From an uncultured bacterium (GTDB lineage Bacteria; Oederibacteriota; Oederibacteriia; Oederibacteriales; Oederibacteriaceae), in assembly GCA_965112635.1 (NCBI GenBank), contig OZ218778.1, forward strand, positions 1,796,404 through 1,828,403: DNA of 32,000 nt, written 5' to 3'. The position numbers and the translations under genes were made by a program. Shown here in pieces: positions 9,373 to 17,256 of the stretch; the first letter of the stretch is position 1, and every line of letters begins with the position of its first letter. The notes below the pieces were generated by a model. That model was not told where the DNA came from, ran no database searches, and worked only from the letters and a program-made list of their open reading frames with translations.

Positions 9373-9410
9373 TCACCATCATTTTCAAATTTAATAAAAG
9401 GGGAGGATAT

Positions 9411-9683
9411 ATGACTAAAAGTGAGTTGCACAAGAGTATCGCTGAGGATGTCAACCTCAAGAAAAGCGATATTCAAAGGGTGATGGAGTCCTTAAATAAG
9501 CATATCTACAATACCCTTAAAAAAGAAAGGAAATGCAAATTAGACGGCCTGGGAATCTTTGCCGTTAAAGATAGAAAAGCCCGCCAAGCCAGAAATCCTA
9601 AAACGGGTGAAATCGTCAATGTTCCGGCCAAAACAGTTGTGAAATTCAGGGTTGGGAAAGACCTCAAAGCCGTAGTTCTTTAA
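9411..9683 (+). CDS. HU/IHF-family DNA-binding protein
   Basis: MTKSELHKSIAEDVNLKKSDIQRVMESLNKHIYNTLKKERKCKLDGLGIFAVKDRKARQARNPKTGEIVNVPAKTVVKFRVGKDLKAVV. Confidence 0.93.
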   Translation: MTKSELHKSIAEDVNLKKSDIQRVMESLNKHIYNTLKKERKCKLDGLGIFAVKDRKARQARNPKTGEIVNVPAKTVVKFRVGKDLKAVVL

Positions 9684-9822
9684 TTAAATAGGCCTTGCCA
9701 ATTCAGAACTTTTAACAGCAAGTATTTTTGATCGTTTTTGGCTTAAGAATATTTATAAAAGTGAGGCAACTTTAAGAGGGACATTTGTCCATTTTTCTCA
9801 AAGTTGAATTTACAGCAAATTC

Positions 9823-9864
9823 ATAGCCCTATTTCCTGCTTGTCCTGGGAAATAGGGCTATTTT
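9823..9864 (+). terminator. Intrinsic terminator between the HU-like gene and proB
   Basis: Perfect 14-bp stem ATAGCCCTATTTCC / GGAAATAGGGCTAT with an 11-nt loop, followed by TTTGT. Confidence 0.85.
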
Positions 9865-9903
9865 GTAATAATTGATTGTAATTATTAGGAAAAGGGTATT
9901 CCT

Positions 9904-11031
9904 ATGGTCGAATTGAAGGAAACTTTAAATCAGGTTGAGCGGATTGTTATCAAAATTGGGTCTAGTTTACTGGCTAGCCATGAAGGCGGCCTGCACAAAA
10001 AATATATCCAGAATATTACAGACGATATATCAGCCCTGAAACAATCCTGTAAAGAAATTATCCTCGTTACTTCCGGGGCTATTGGTACAGGCATGGTGAG
10101 GCTGGGATTAACAAAAAGGCCTATCACTATCCCGGAAAAACAAGCGGTCGCTGCGGTTGGACAATGTTTGCTTATGAAAGAGTATGAAGAAGCTTTTAGA
10201 CAACATGGTTATTTTGTGGGGCAATTGCTTCTGACCGCAGAAGATCTTTCCGATCGCCAGCGATACGCCAACGCCAGGCAAACCCTGTTGACCCTTCTAG
10301 GCAAAGGCATTGTTCCCATCATTAACGAGAATGACACGGTGGCTGTTGACGAGATAAAGTTCGGGGACAACGACCGGCTTTCGGCCCTGGTGACCAATCT
10401 CGTTGGAGCCCATCTGCTTATCGTTCTTACGGATGTAGACGGATTTTATACCAGCGACCCCAGAAAGGACAAAAAAGCCTTGCCGATTCCCGTCGTGAAT
10501 AAGATTACCCCTGAGCTTATGGCCCAGGCCGGAGGGACTGGTTCTTCTCACGGGACCGGAGGGATGACCACAAAGCTTTTGGCTGCCCAAATCGTCAACC
10601 AAGCTGGGGTAGGAATGGTCATTGCCAACGGTTTGAAGCCAAAAATACTGTTAGAAATTTTCAGGGGAGAGAGGTGCGGGACCTTCTTTGCTCCAACTGG
10701 AGATCGCATGGCTGGCCGAAAAAGGTGGATCGCTTTTTCCAAGAAAACCTCAGGAACCCTCACGGTTGACGAGGGGGCCAAGGAGGTTTTACGCTTTAAG
10801 GGTAAAAGCCTACTCCCTTCAGGTATCGTGAAAATAGAGGGAGACTTTGGCTTTGGCGATGCAGTCAATATCGTTTCCACGGAAGGCAATATTTTTGCGG
10901 TCGGTATGGTTAAATACAGTTCTATGGAGTTGGAAAAAATCAAAGGCAAACAGACCAAGGACATCGCCGGGATCTTGGGGCAGAAATTTTATGATGAAGT
11001 TGTCCACAGGGACGATCTGGTTATTTTGTAG
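9904..11031 (+). CDS. proB: Glutamate 5-kinase with PUA domain
   Basis: RIVIKIGSSLLA...ILVTSGAIGTGMVRLGL...INENDTVAVDEIKFGDNDRLSALV...GTGGMTTKLLAA; C-terminal PUA region. Confidence 0.97.
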   Translation: MVELKETLNQVERIVIKIGSSLLASHEGGLHKKYIQNITDDISALKQSCKEIILVTSGAIGTGMVRLGLTKRPITIPEKQAVAAVGQCLLMKEYEEAFRQHGYFVGQLLLTAEDLSDRQRYANARQTLLTLLGKGIVPIINENDTVAVDEIKFGDNDRLSALVTNLVGAHLLIVLTDVDGFYTSDPRKDKKALPIPVVNKITPELMAQAGGTGSSHGTGGMTTKLLAAQIVNQAGVGMVIANGLKPKILLEIFRGERCGTFFAPTGDRMAGRKRWIAFSKKTSGTLTVDEGAKEVLRFKGKSLLPSGIVKIEGDFGFGDAVNIVSTEGNIFAVGMVKYSSMELEKIKGKQTKDIAGILGQKFYDEVVHRDDLVIL

Positions 11032-11080
11032 TTGGGAATTACACTCTTCCGGTGGTGGGTAAAATGATAAGGAATAATCC

Positions 11081-12340
11081 ATGACAGTTAAACAAATGGT
11101 TTTGAAAAGAGCCCAGGAGGCAAAGCAGGCCAGTCCGACCTTGGCCAAATTATCCAGTGGGGTAAAGAACAAAGTCCTTGCGGCCATGGCCGATGCGTTA
11201 GAGCACCAGAAGGGCAAGATCCTAGAAGCCAACCAGAAGGATATCAAGGCAGCCGTGGGCCGCAAGCTATCCAAAGCACTCATCGACCGCTTGACTCTAA
11301 ATAGCGAACGCATCAAGTCCATGGGCGAGAGTTTGATGACCATAAAGTCCCTGGCGGACCCTGTGGGGGAAATCGTAAAAATTTGGCGCCGGCCCAACGG
11401 GCTTCAAGTGGGGCGGATGAGGGTCCCTCTGGGGGTAGTCGGAATCGTTTATGAGTCCAGGCCTAACGTCACCGTGGACGTGGCTGGCCTGTGTTTAAAA
11501 TCAGGCAATGCCGTGGTCCTGAGAGGGGGTTCCGAAGCGTTTGGCAGCAATAAAGTCTTGGCCGAAATCCTCCAGGACGCCCTTAGAAAAGAAAATCTGC
11601 CGGCGGGCAGCGTCAGCTTTATCGAAAGCGTGGACCGCCAGGCTGTGGTGGAGATGCTCCGTCTGCGTTCTTTGATCGATGTGATCATCCCGCGGGGAGG
11701 CAGGCAACTTAATGATTTCGTTTCTACCCACAGCCTTGTACCGGTGATCCGCCACGACATCGGGAACTGCCACGTTTTTATCGACTCAGACGCGGACCTG
11801 GAAATGGCCGAAAAGATATCTTTTAACGCAAAAGTCCAGCGTCCCGGAGTTTGTAACGCCATGGAAACTCTTTTAGTCCACAAGAATATTGCCAAGAAGT
11901 TTTTGCCGAAAATGGTCAGAAAGTATCAACAGGCCGGAGTGGAGATCCGGGGCGATGATGCTGTCCGAAAATATTGCCGCGGGATCCAGCGAGCCACAGA
12001 GAAGGATTGGTACACGGAATATCTGGATCTCATTCTGGCGGTCAAGGTGGTCGCGAATATTGATGAGGCTATGGCCCATATCGCCAAATATGGTTCTAGC
12101 CATACGGAGGCTATTGTCACTCGGACCTATGAGCATGCCCAAAGGTTCCTGAGAGAGGTTGACTCAGCCTGCGTGATGGTCAATGCTTCCACCAGGTTTA
12201 CGGACGGCGGACAATTTGGCCTTGGTGCTGAAATGGGGATCAGCACCCAGAAGTTGCATGCCCGGGGGCCAATGGCCTTGGAAGAATTAACTTGTCTGAA
12301 ATACATAGTCTATGGGAACGGCCAGATCAGGGAGTCGTGA
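11081..12340 (+). CDS. proA: Gamma-glutamyl phosphate reductase
   Basis: RVPLGVVGIVYESRPNVTVDVAGLCLKSGNAVVLRGGSEA...CNAMETLLVH...VNASTRFTDGGQFGLGAEMGISTQKLHARGPMALEELT. Confidence 0.97.
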   Translation: MTVKQMVLKRAQEAKQASPTLAKLSSGVKNKVLAAMADALEHQKGKILEANQKDIKAAVGRKLSKALIDRLTLNSERIKSMGESLMTIKSLADPVGEIVKIWRRPNGLQVGRMRVPLGVVGIVYESRPNVTVDVAGLCLKSGNAVVLRGGSEAFGSNKVLAEILQDALRKENLPAGSVSFIESVDRQAVVEMLRLRSLIDVIIPRGGRQLNDFVSTHSLVPVIRHDIGNCHVFIDSDADLEMAEKISFNAKVQRPGVCNAMETLLVHKNIAKKFLPKMVRKYQQAGVEIRGDDAVRKYCRGIQRATEKDWYTEYLDLILAVKVVANIDEAMAHIAKYGSSHTEAIVTRTYEHAQRFLREVDSACVMVNASTRFTDGGQFGLGAEMGISTQKLHARGPMALEELTCLKYIVYGNGQIRES

Positions 12341-12354
12341 CCGCAAAGGACAAT

Positions 12355-12981
12355 ATGATCAGTCACCGGGGATCCGTGGGGATATTTGGAGGGACATTCA
12401 ATCCAATCCATCTGGGCCATTTGCTGGTCGCCCAGGAAGTCAGGGAAAAATATGGTCTAAAACAGGTAGTTTTCATCCCTGTTTATTTGCCGCCCCATAA
12501 GAGCGCTAAGGGTGTCATTGAGCCCAAGCACCGTCTCAATATGATTAAAAAAGCCATCCAGGGTAACCCCTATTTTAAAGTTTCAAACGTGGAAATCGCC
12601 AGGAAAGGAAAGTCATATACTTTCGATACTATTCAATTTTTTCGGCGTCGCCTAGGGAAGGGTGCGCCGCTTTTCTTTATCACCGGTTCAGATGCCCTTA
12701 ATACCCTGCATCATTGGTATAAGATTGAGCAGCTGCTGGCGCTGTGCCAGTTCATTATTGTACCCAGGCCGGGGCATCCCATGCCTCCGGCGAAAAGGTT
12801 TCTCGCCCAGCGTTTATTTAGCAAGAAGATGCTGGAAAGGATCCATTACACCAAACTCAAAGTCGTGGATATCTCTTCATCTGAAATAAGAAGGATGGTC
12901 CGGGACAAGAGAGATGTTTCCTATCTTGTCTCAAAGCCGATCGCAGATTATATGAAGAGCCATCAGCTCTATAAAAATTAA
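12355..12981 (+). CDS. nadD: Nicotinate-nucleotide adenylyltransferase
   Basis: VGIFGGTFNPIHLGHLLVAQEVREKYGLKQVVFIPVYLPPHK...; ISSSEIRRMVRDKRDVSYLV. ATG 12355 gives a canonical N-terminus; the track start 12292 would overlap proA by 49 nt. Confidence 0.93.
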   Translation: MISHRGSVGIFGGTFNPIHLGHLLVAQEVREKYGLKQVVFIPVYLPPHKSAKGVIEPKHRLNMIKKAIQGNPYFKVSNVEIARKGKSYTFDTIQFFRRRLGKGAPLFFITGSDALNTLHHWYKIEQLLALCQFIIVPRPGHPMPPAKRFLAQRLFSKKMLERIHYTKLKVVDISSSEIRRMVRDKRDVSYLVSKPIADYMKSHQLYKN

Positions 12982-12991
12982 GTCAAGCGAG

Positions 12992-13360
12992 GTGATCGCC
13001 GTTAGAAGCAAGCCCGTCAATCAAGAATTGGTGACCACGGTCCTTAAAGCCACTGACGATAAGCAAGCCCATGATGTTGTGCTTTTAGATGTCAGAAAAT
13101 TGACCTATTTGACCGACTACCTGCTTATTTGCCATGGCCATGCCAGGACCCATATTCAAGCCATAGCCGATGAATTAAGGACCAAGCTCAAAGCGATGGG
13201 GCTGGGTTATGGGAGGATGGAGCGGGACAAGGGAGAAACCTGGATCCTGTTGGATTTTAACGAAATTATTTGCCATATTTTTTCAAAGGAAGCTAGGGAG
13301 TTCTATGCTCTGGAGAAGTTTTGGGATGAAGCTCATAAAATCAATGGTAGGATACATTAA
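12992..13360 (+). CDS. rsfS: Ribosomal silencing factor RsfS (GTG start)
   Basis: DDKQAHDVVLLDVRKLTYLTDYLLICHGHARTHIQAIADEL...ERDKGETWILLDFNEIICHIFSKEAREFYALEKFWDEA. Confidence 0.93.
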   Translation: MIAVRSKPVNQELVTTVLKATDDKQAHDVVLLDVRKLTYLTDYLLICHGHARTHIQAIADELRTKLKAMGLGYGRMERDKGETWILLDFNEIICHIFSKEAREFYALEKFWDEAHKINGRIH

Positions 13361-13392
13361 TGAATTATGATTCTATTTTCAGGGGGTGGAGC

Positions 13393-14145
13393 ATGAGGCA
13401 GATAAAGGTCGTATCCATATTTTTGTTGATGGCAGTCCTTTTAGGGGGGCTTGTCCCAGTATCCGTTTTTGGCAAGGATGAAGACACGAAGCGTGTAGCC
13501 ACAAATTTGTATGTCGTGGATATCCCTACTGCGAACACTTTATTAAGGGGCACTTATGATGCCTTTGCCAGGTTGTACGCTCCCGACGGCATTGTCGGTA
13601 GGTTTGTGATAGCCTTGAACGACCAGTTTCTTTTTGGTGGCGGTATCAACATGGAAAATATCATTGGTTCGGGGGATGTCCAGGCCCAAACTCCGCGTTT
13701 TATAGCTAAATGGAGAATTATTGCGGAGGATAAAAATATCCCTGCCTGCGCCATAGGTTATGATGGGTTGGGTTATGGTGACTATAATTCTGATTCTGGG
13801 GTTTGGCAGCACAAGCAAAAAGGTTTTTATGGCGCAGTGACCAAAGAGTTCAGTAGTTTTGGAATCTTCCAATTGACGTGTGGAATGAGCAGGGTGGATA
13901 GTCGTGTTTATGACCCCCAGCGGGATATCACGGCATTTGCGGGTCTGGCTGCGGCTATTATCAAAGAAGTAGCTCTAAATGTGGAATATGATGATTGGTT
14001 TAATACTCAGGGCGGAGAATTTAATGTCGGGCTTGGTTATAATTTTGACCCTGCCATGAAGCTGGAATTTGATCTCGAGGATATCGGAAGAGCCGGGGAT
14101 TCCCTGGAGCGCACTTTAAAGATCGAATATTGCAATTACATTTAG
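13393..14145 (+). CDS. Predicted outer-membrane beta-barrel-like protein of unknown function with signal peptide
   Basis: From ATG 13393 (SD AGGGGG upstream) a good signal peptide MRQIKVVSIFLLMAVLLGGLVPVSVFG, then a YVVDIPTANTLLRGTYDAFARLYAPDGIVGRF...GFNVGLGYNF-type alternating beta pattern; C-terminal LKIEYCNYI. Confidence 0.6.
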   Translation: MRQIKVVSIFLLMAVLLGGLVPVSVFGKDEDTKRVATNLYVVDIPTANTLLRGTYDAFARLYAPDGIVGRFVIALNDQFLFGGGINMENIIGSGDVQAQTPRFIAKWRIIAEDKNIPACAIGYDGLGYGDYNSDSGVWQHKQKGFYGAVTKEFSSFGIFQLTCGMSRVDSRVYDPQRDITAFAGLAAAIIKEVALNVEYDDWFNTQGGEFNVGLGYNFDPAMKLEFDLEDIGRAGDSLERTLKIEYCNYI

Positions 14146-14205
14146 TGGCGAGATTTTCCCATATTTACAACCATTCTTGCTCTTTTTGTATTTTTAGCTA
14201 CTTCG

Positions 14206-14234
14206 TTGACAAACGGTATTATGACAAGTAATAT
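14206..14234 (+). promoter_or_regulatory. Strong predicted sigma70-type promoter for the motor-like gene cluster
   Basis: TTGACA (14206-14211), exact 17-nt spacer, TAATAT (14229-14234), about 100 nt upstream of the first gene. Confidence 0.72.
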
Positions 14235-14332
14235 TCATTCAATACAGTAATTCATATTGTAAAATCAGCGTTTTCTGTTGTTTGGTTGAGTGCGTGGGGA
14301 AGTATTTTCCCTGAAAAAATAAAAAAGGGAAA

Positions 14333-14692
14333 GTGAAGGGCGTGAAAAAAGCTGATGAAATCAAAAGACCTCTGAGTTTTGCGACAGGCGAAAAACGAGA
14401 GGCCTTTAGTGCTTTGATCAGGCTTCTCCAAAATGGCGACTGTACTCCTGAAGAACTCACCAAGTATATACTTTCCCAAAAGCAATCTCAGGAACAATCC
14501 GAAGAAACAGAAATCCCCGCTTCCCGGACATTCCATTTTGGATCCGATTATAGGACTAAAGAGCGAGCCTTTACTCATTTTGAGCATATGCCCCGGATGG
14601 CCAAGCCAAAAGTTAATTATTTCAACTGGACGGTATTCTTCTTCTTTCTTTTCATGACCATCTTTATACTTCGCAATTTTATTTTTCGATGA
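14333..14692 (+). CDS. Small protein with C-terminal transmembrane anchor (119 aa; alternative GTG start at 14342)
   Basis: Hydrophilic N-terminus and C-terminal helix NYFNWTVFFFFLFMTIFILRNFIFR; ends 10 nt before the FliF/FliG-like gene. Confidence 0.65.
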   Translation: MKGVKKADEIKRPLSFATGEKREAFSALIRLLQNGDCTPEELTKYILSQKQSQEQSEETEIPASRTFHFGSDYRTKERAFTHFEHMPRMAKPKVNYFNWTVFFFFLFMTIFILRNFIFR

Positions 14693-14702
14693 GGATAAAA
14701 CA

Positions 14703-16367
14703 GTGAGCTTTATCAAAGATTGTGACAACTGGCTGCGCTTGGGAAAAATGCTTACAGGCTGGTTGTTGTTTGTGAGCATTTTCTTTATGACCAGCATCTA
14801 CGCTTTGGACTTAACCCATGGTGACCTGTTGGTCGGAAAGTTGCAATATGAAAGGGAATTAGAAAGAAGGATACAGTCCATATTGATCTCCACGGTTGGT
14901 CCTCAAAAGGCGAAAGTTTCGGTGACCCTGGAGGTCAACAGCGAAGTCGTCTCCAGCAAGGAGGAAACAATCCATTCCGAGACCACCAGCCAGACCATTG
15001 TATTGAGCAACGGCATCCAAGAGGAGAACTTTGACAATCCTGAGGCGGGGACGGGTGGTCCAGGCAAGGAAGGCAGCGCCAATCAGGCTAGCAGCAATGT
15101 CTTGGAAGAAACCCGGACCACCAAAGAAACCTTGTCGATGCCTTCCAATTTGATCAAAAAGCTGTCTATCTCTTTGTTGATCAGCGACAAGGTCCCTGAT
15201 GCTCTTATCGAAAAAGCCAAGACCATCATTATGGAAGCAGTCAGTTTTAATGCCGACAGGGGGGACCAGCTATCTTTACAAAAGGTCACCTTTATTTCCG
15301 GTGCCGCAGGGGAGATGGAGCAGATCCAGGACCAAAAACAGACAGCGGATTTCTGGCTTGCTTTAACCCGGTATGCCTTGAGCTTGATCTTGGGGGTCGC
15401 TTTCCTTTTGTTTTTGTTCAGTTTGTTAAATACTTTCCGTACCCTGAAACAGGCTGAGATCAATGTGTCCGCTCAGGCCATAGCCGCCAAGGCAGCCCCT
15501 GCCGAAGGCGAGGTCGCAGGACCGGCCGGGGCCACGGCGATCCCGGCTGCGGGATTTGCTGCCGTAGGTGTCCCCGGCACAATGCTTCCCGGGATGCCTA
15601 TGGGAATGCCTGGAACGATCACGGTTGGACCCCAGCGCTTCGCTTTCCTCCAGGAGAAGAATTCCAGGGCTCTTCTGCATTTGATCCAAAAAGAGCCGAT
15701 CCAAACTATTGCTTTAGTGCTTTCCTATATTACCCCAGAGCAGGCAGCCGGGATCTTGCAGTCCCTCCCAGGGGAGATCCAAAGCCAGGTCGCCTCTAGG
15801 ATCTCTACGATCAGTGAAATGTCACCGACGGAAGTGAACAGAATCGAGCAGGATATCAAAGAGAAGATCGATTATGTGGTGGGGGGCAGGGATTCCCTGG
15901 TCAATATCATCCAGAGCATGGGTCCCGATGGAATGAAGGCTATCATCGGCAATCTTGACAGGAGCAATCCAAAGCTGGCCGGTGAATTGAGGCCTTCACT
16001 ATTTACTTTCGATGATGTCCTCCTGTTGGATAGTTTTGCGATCCAGCAAGTTGTCAGGCAACTGAGCATTCCGGAACTGGCCATCGCTTTAAAAAATGCC
16101 AGCGAAGAGATAAAGAACAAGGTTTTTGGGGCCTTGGCTGAGGGTGCCGCCCAGTTGCTCAGGCAGGAACTGGAGTTGATGAGGCCGCTGCCCGCTCGGC
16201 GCTATATAGAAGCGCAGCGTAAATTTATTCAGGCGGTAAGGATACTTGAACAACAGGGCGTAATCTTTGTGCAGAGAGAAGAATCGACTCCTTCCTCAGT
16301 CGGCGGCAACGACCTGGGTGGTGGGCCTGGTTTAGGGCCCGATTCTCCTTTGGCGCCGATGACCTAG
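14703..16367 (+). CDS. FliF (RBM3-like, two TM segments)-FliG (middle + C-terminal) fusion protein
   Basis: FliF-like ERELERRIQSILISTVGPQKAKVSVTLEVN...ETRTTKETLSMPSNLIKKLSISLLI...EAVSFNADRGDQLSL, then TM ALSLILGVAFLLFLFSLL, an Ala/Pro/Gly linker, then FliG-like EPIQTIALVLSYITPEQAAGILQSLP...VVGGRDSLVNIIQ...LFTFDDVLLLDSFAIQQVVRQLSIPELAIALKNASEEIKNKVF. Confidence 0.88.
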   Translation: MSFIKDCDNWLRLGKMLTGWLLFVSIFFMTSIYALDLTHGDLLVGKLQYERELERRIQSILISTVGPQKAKVSVTLEVNSEVVSSKEETIHSETTSQTIVLSNGIQEENFDNPEAGTGGPGKEGSANQASSNVLEETRTTKETLSMPSNLIKKLSISLLISDKVPDALIEKAKTIIMEAVSFNADRGDQLSLQKVTFISGAAGEMEQIQDQKQTADFWLALTRYALSLILGVAFLLFLFSLLNTFRTLKQAEINVSAQAIAAKAAPAEGEVAGPAGATAIPAAGFAAVGVPGTMLPGMPMGMPGTITVGPQRFAFLQEKNSRALLHLIQKEPIQTIALVLSYITPEQAAGILQSLPGEIQSQVASRISTISEMSPTEVNRIEQDIKEKIDYVVGGRDSLVNIIQSMGPDGMKAIIGNLDRSNPKLAGELRPSLFTFDDVLLLDSFAIQQVVRQLSIPELAIALKNASEEIKNKVFGALAEGAAQLLRQELELMRPLPARRYIEAQRKFIQAVRILEQQGVIFVQREESTPSSVGGNDLGGGPGLGPDSPLAPMT

Positions 16368-16421
16368 GAAGCCGCTGCGGCGTCAGATTGACACTAAAAC
16401 CAAGTTTGGAGCATATCAATA

Positions 16422-17186
16422 ATGGATAAGATGTCATTGTTTGGCTATGTCTTTGGTGTCGGTATATTCCTGCTGGGTATGCACCAGGGCGGGACGACCA
16501 GCCTTTTCTTGAATGAGCACGCGGTGGTCCTCGTGCTGGGGGGTACCTTTGCCGCTGTCATGATCAGTTCCAGTTTTGAACAGACGGTCGTCGCGTTTAA
16601 ATCCCTCAAAATATTGTTTTACCCCAAGAAGTATATGCCTGCTCAAGAAATCATCGATGTGATGGTAGGCTTGGCTGAGAAGGCCAGAAGGGATGGAGTG
16701 GGTTCTCTGCCCGAGGAGGCAAAAAAATATAATGAGCCCTTTCTTTCCAACTCGGTTCAGCTAGTGGCGGACGGTTTGCCTTCTGCAACGGTCCAGGAGA
16801 TCATTGAAATGGAGATCAATAATACCCGGGACCGCCATAAGGAGAACAGCAATTTCTACCGTGTGGCCGGTATCTACGGCCCCATGTTCGGTCTATTAGG
16901 AACTTTGATCGGCATCGTCCAGGTGCTGAGGAATATTGGGGGGGACCCGACCACAGTGGGTCCGGCCATGGCTGTTGCCATTACGACGGCTTTTTACGGG
17001 ATATTTCTGGCGAACTTTGTGTGTATGCCCATCGCCAATAAACTGAAATTAAGATCAGATGAAGAACTCGCTTTAAAAGAACTTACCATCGTTGGTCTTA
17101 TTGCCATCGAATCCGGAGACCTACCCTTGGTTGTGCGGAGAAAGATGGAGACTTTTCTGTCCTATTCCCAGAAAAAAAAGAAATAA
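16422..17186 (+). CDS. motA: MotA-family stator protein
   Basis: LGGTFAAVMISSSFEQ...GLAEKARRDGVGSLPEEA...YGPMFGLLGTLIGIVQVLRNIG...ITTAFYGIFLANFVCMPIANKLK. Confidence 0.92.
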   Translation: MDKMSLFGYVFGVGIFLLGMHQGGTTSLFLNEHAVVLVLGGTFAAVMISSSFEQTVVAFKSLKILFYPKKYMPAQEIIDVMVGLAEKARRDGVGSLPEEAKKYNEPFLSNSVQLVADGLPSATVQEIIEMEINNTRDRHKENSNFYRVAGIYGPMFGLLGTLIGIVQVLRNIGGDPTTVGPAMAVAITTAFYGIFLANFVCMPIANKLKLRSDEELALKELTIVGLIAIESGDLPLVVRRKMETFLSYSQKKKK

Positions 17187-17256
17187 AAAGCCGTTCATTT
17201 GTTGACCGGGAAAGCGAAGCAATGCTTCATCCCTCGAAGGGATAAAGGAATCTGCC

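Noticed and set aside
10819-12142. Minus-strand ORFs opposite proB/proA (192 aa, 148 aa and others)
   Set aside because: proB and proA on the plus strand are unambiguous; the antisense frames have no homology features.
12292-12354. Upstream N-terminal extension of nadD as given in the ORF track
   Set aside because: It would overlap proA by 49 nt and adds MSEIHSLWERPDQGVVTAKDN before the conserved VGIFGGTFNPIHLGH start; ATG 12355 with AAAGGA upstream is better.
16368-16421. Internal promoter in front of motA (TTGACA near 16390)
   Set aside because: No acceptable -10 hexamer at 16-18 nt spacing; the gap is short and same-strand, so read-through is more likely.
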